Positions 60,138 through 64,000 of a stretch of 64,000 nucleotides of DNA are shown piece after piece. The notes under the pieces are model-generated. The model was not told where the DNA came from and searched no databases. It saw only the letters and a list, made by a program, of their open reading frames with translations. The stretch is from NCBI GenBank assembly GCA_003971905.1, contig RSEE01000034.1:124001-188000 (forward strand), given 5' to 3'. The stretch is from Moniliella sp. 'wahieum'. Its lineage: Eukaryota. Each line of letters starts with the position of its first letter. Position 1 is the first letter of the stretch. The position numbers were made by a program, and so were the translations under genes.

Positions 60138-62053
60138 TGCCGGCAAAAGAAGTGGAGGAAGGGGGTTGGTGGTGGGATGGAAGGGAGGGCGGGACGCTGG
60201 CTGTGGAGTGGGGAGGGCGAGTGGGCAAGTGAGGCTTCTGGGTGCGTGCACGGACCGCGGGAAGCGCAGCGGCAGCAGGCAGCCGCAAGCCGCAAGCCGC
60301 AGCCCAACCAGACGCCTGCCGGCAACCCTACTGCTCGGGCTGCGTCTGTGCCGCCCACCGGCGTCCTGCGCTGTGCTGCTGCGCTGTGCTGCTGCGCTGT
60401 GCGGCTGCGCCGTACTGCCCGTCTGCCTCGCCCTGGTGCATGATGCATGGCGACCGGTGATCGGGGCTTAATAATTCCGCCCTCGCGCGTCCGCTGCCCC
60501 AGCATGGCCAGCCGGCAGCCGACGCACAGGCGCGCGACAACGTTCTTCATCTGTCGAACCCTGCCGAAGTGCCCGGGCTGCCTTGGGGCCTTCAAGCTTC
60601 AAGCTTCATATGCATCGATCAGGTGACCTCGTCGGTGACGCGTGACGTGTGATGGCCACCGGATAAGCTGGCTCGGACGGGGCCGTGGGCTGCTGGTGCT
60701 TGCACAACACCAGGAGAAATGGCAACGGCAGGCTACACGACTCGACGTCGGCGATGATCGATCAAGCTTCCAGTCGCTACACCATTTCCCAGGCCTCGCT
60801 ATTAGCCGTGTCGGCGTTAGGCAATGAATGAATGGAGTTGGGTTTAACGTTTAACGTTTACCACTAGGAAGCTAAAGGGAAGCCAACCATACGTGCGGAC
60901 TGTGTGCCAGTGTGAGAGGCTCCGAGGCCGAAAGCCCGAGGAAGGCCCGACCAGGCCCGATACACACGCGCCACACGACATCACACATTCAGCGATAGAA
61001 CAGCCAGAGCTTGGACAACAAAAAGAGAGAGCACTGAGATCTGAGAAAGCATCACGTCTTCGTTGACTATAAAGCAAAAGCCTTCAAGTGCGGACCGAAG
61101 AGAATCTCTCCTGGTCGTCTCCTTCTGTGTGAGTGCCCTGCAGGTGGTCGATGTTGTCGTATGATCCCACAATGGCAACCAAAGCGCTGGTTGGCCTTGG
61201 CGCCAAAGCGTGCCACACATTACGGCTGCCGGTGCCGGGAGGAGCCGACAGGGTATTCTGAGAAAAGGAAAAACGCGCAAGGGTGTGAGAGAGACGATAG
61301 AGAGTTGGTGGTGGGCATCGCACCGATGACCGAGAATTGGCCAGAACTTGCGGGAAAAGAACCATTGAGAGCTCCGTTGAGCACGTTGAGCATTGAGTAC
61401 TGTCCAGGCCATTTGGGCCACAGCCAAAGGCAGGCAAAGATGCAGCACTCGAGTCAGCACCAAGTCTAGTATTGTGACGTGGAGATGGTATAGTAGCTTG
61501 ACCTGGACAGATCACCCTGTGCGATATGCTTAGTGGCACGGCACTATAGTAGGCCATGCAATGCTCTGACAGCGCGCCTGCGCCTTCCTTTTGTGTTCGC
61601 GTCCCCTCCTCTCTTCTCTCCACGACTGACGCCACTTCCACTCGATACTTCGTTCACACTCCGTGCTCGCCCGTCAGCTCCCAAGTAGTAGCTCTTTCGG
61701 TCAGTAATAGGTGAGCCATCTGATTGCGGCCAGTTGGTCACGGCGCAACACAGTAATAGGATTCATGATATATTTTTCGCCTGTTTGCACAGCCGGCCGA
61801 TTACCGGTTATCGCCGCGGCTCTAGCACAGCAGCCGTTGGAGCTGGGAGCGGGCTTTGGCCGGACATGTTTGAGGAAGCATGGGTGCCTGCGCAGCACTG
61901 GATCCGTCAATAATAATGTATACCACCCGCGAAGAAGCTTAGCCTCCAAAAGTTATATCTGATCGATCTGATCTACTGTGACATCTTTGCGGTCGCCTTC
62001 TTCTCTCTTTACCACCACCGCTACTCCCCCTTCGCTCTCCTACTGTCAAGGCC

Positions 62054-63683
62054 ATGCCCAATCCCCTGTGCGTCCCTCTCTGCACTCGCCTTGGCAGCGC
62101 CGTAAGCTTTGGTACCTGCTTCCGCAGCTTTCCAGTAACAGCAACTGCAACTGTAACCCCCATCGCCCTCCGTCCGTCCGTATTGTCACCCAACCATCAG
62201 TGGGGTAATGTTGCATACTCTTATCGGCCGCTTTCTTCATCGGCACACGCTCCACAAGCAGTCCCCGTCGATCTGCCCGCTTCTGTTGATGCCCGCCGTG
62301 CGCCACGCGGGTCATCCCAGAGCAGCGGTCGCAGTATGTGTCACCCAAGTTCTGTATCCAACCAGCCGAGTACCTGACCATTTCCATCTGTCCTCAGATC
62401 TTTTGACCGAAGTGCTCGAATCCCGCCCTAAGCACTCGACAGCACTGCGTCCCATTTATCTGGATTCCCAGGCGACCACCGCACTCGATCCACGCGTGTT
62501 GGACGTCATGCTGCCCCTGTTGACCAATCGGTACGGCAACCCCCACTCGCGCACCCATGCATATGGCTGGGAGGCAGAGGAGGCGGTCGAAACGGCTCGC
62601 GAACACGTTGGTGCCCTAATTGGAGCGGATGCCAAGGAAATTATCTTTACGTCGGGCGCGACCGAGTCCAACAACTTGGCGCTTAAGGGCGCAGCCCACT
62701 TTTATGGCTCGAAAAAGAAGCATATCATCACAGTCCAGACAGAGCACAAGTGTGTGCTAGATTCGTGCCGAACGCTTCAAGAGGAAGGGTATGAAGTCAC
62801 TTACCTCCCCGTTCAGAGTAATGGGATGATTCGTCTCGAGGACCTCGAGGCTGCCCTGCGCCCGACGACGGCAATCGTGTCGATCATGTCGGTCCACAAC
62901 GAGATTGGTGTAATTCAGCCGCTTAAGGAGGTTGGGCAGTTGCTTAAGACCAAAGGAGCCCAGCTTGCCAAGGAGGTGGGGCTAAGTGGCAAGCCACTGT
63001 TCCACACGGATGCGGCCCAGGCTGTGGGCAAGATCGCATTTGATGTGAACGAGATTGGGGCAGATTTGGTGTCCATGTCGTCGCACAAGATCTATGGGCC
63101 GAAGGGGATTGGCGCCATCTACATTCGCCGACGGCCGCGCGTGCGCCTGATGCCAATCATCTCGGGTGGAGGACAGGAGCGTGGCTTGCGCTCCGGTACG
63201 CTAGCTCCTGCCCAGGTAGCCGGGATGGGGGAAGCAGCACGCCTGGCCAAGGCCGAACGAGAATACGATTACGCGCATGTGATGGCGCTGTCGAAACGGT
63301 TGCGAGAGCGGATCGAGGGCAAGGTGACCCACGTCTTATTCAACGGCGACGAGCACGGTTACCCCGGCTGTGTTAATTTGACCTTCCAGTATGTTGAGGG
63401 GGAGTCGCTGCTCATGGCGCTCAAGCGAATCTGCCTTTCATCCGGGTCAGCGTGCACGTCCGCCTCGCTCGAACCTTCCTACGTTCTTCGTGCGCTCGGA
63501 TTGAACGACGAGAATGCCCACTCTTCTCTCCGGTTCGGCATGGGTCGCTTCACCACCACAGAAGAGGTTGACTTTGTGGCGGATCAGATCATTGCCGTGG
63601 TGGAGAAGCTGCGTAACATGTCCCCGTTATGGGAGATGGTGCAGGAGGGTATTGACCTCAACTCGATTGAGTGGTCCGAGTGA
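62054..63683 (+). CDS. NFS1: Mitochondrial cysteine desulfurase (IscS/Nfs1); one intron
   Basis: PIYLDSQATT, YGNPHSRTH, IIFTSGATESNN, FHTDAAQAVGK, SSHKIYGPKG and LSSGSACTSASLEPSYVL. Presequence-like exon 1 joined in frame by intron 62334-62397. Confidence 0.97.
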
Positions 63684-64000
63684 CTCTTGGTTGTCAGGAG
63701 TGTGCCAAGCCTTTTCATTTGTTTACTTTTTCTTCTCTGATCTTCTCGACCTCTCCTTCCCCGTTTCTGTGTTGACATTGTCCCTTTCCCCCCTCACCGA
63801 CCCTGGTAATCTATTCTCACCACGTGAGACGGGCCTCAGCGGCCTTGCCCTCCTGGAGACATAACTCCTTTGGCGGTACGCAGTCGGGACGGGGGCGTAC
63901 CCTGACGTACCCTCTCAGTTGACAGTGTGACATGTACAATGGACTGGTGCTCGATGGCAGCCAGCAGAGTATGGAGAGAGTACTCCTAGTCCACAGGGAA

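Noticed and set aside
60840..61950. Possible minus-strand gene upstream of NFS1
   Set aside because: ORFs lack homology cues and no gene model could be supported.
54050..63683. Sulfur-metabolism gene cluster (TauD, MFS, MAPEG, NFS1)
   Set aside because: Functions are only loosely related and NFS1 is a housekeeping gene; no evidence of co-regulation in the sequence.

Overview
Eukaryotic, GC-rich fungal genomic DNA. It is most likely a basidiomycete; short GT-AG introns with CTRAC branch points and low intron density suggest Ustilaginomycotina, but that is inference. The window holds about 20 recognisable or probable host genes: two C2H2 zinc-finger factors, Rab escort protein, Oxa1, an ACC-synthase-like PLP aminotransferase, a PAS-like+GATA factor, homocitrate synthase, RPS4, a Cys-rich membrane protein, a zf-PARP protein, FIT/Scs3, TRM1, a TauD dioxygenase, a PaaI thioesterase ending in SKL, an MFS transporter, a MAPEG protein and NFS1. 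Decayed retroelements are interspersed: Ty3/gypsy, two Ty1/copia, a CRE-like non-LTR RT, and an unclassified dispersed repeat with zinc knuckles. Many housekeeping genes carry 1-bp frameshifts, often in homopolymers, which most likely reflect long-read consensus errors. The most unusual signal is intergenic. Non-coding regions repeatedly carry tandem copies of many different 7-bp interrupted palindromes that all share one architecture, 5'-xyT-N-Ay'x'-3' (CTTCAAG, GGTTACC, CGTTACG, AGTTACT, TGTGACA, GGTGACC, CATGATG, GTTTAAC, GCTGAGC). The annotated features do not explain this pattern.
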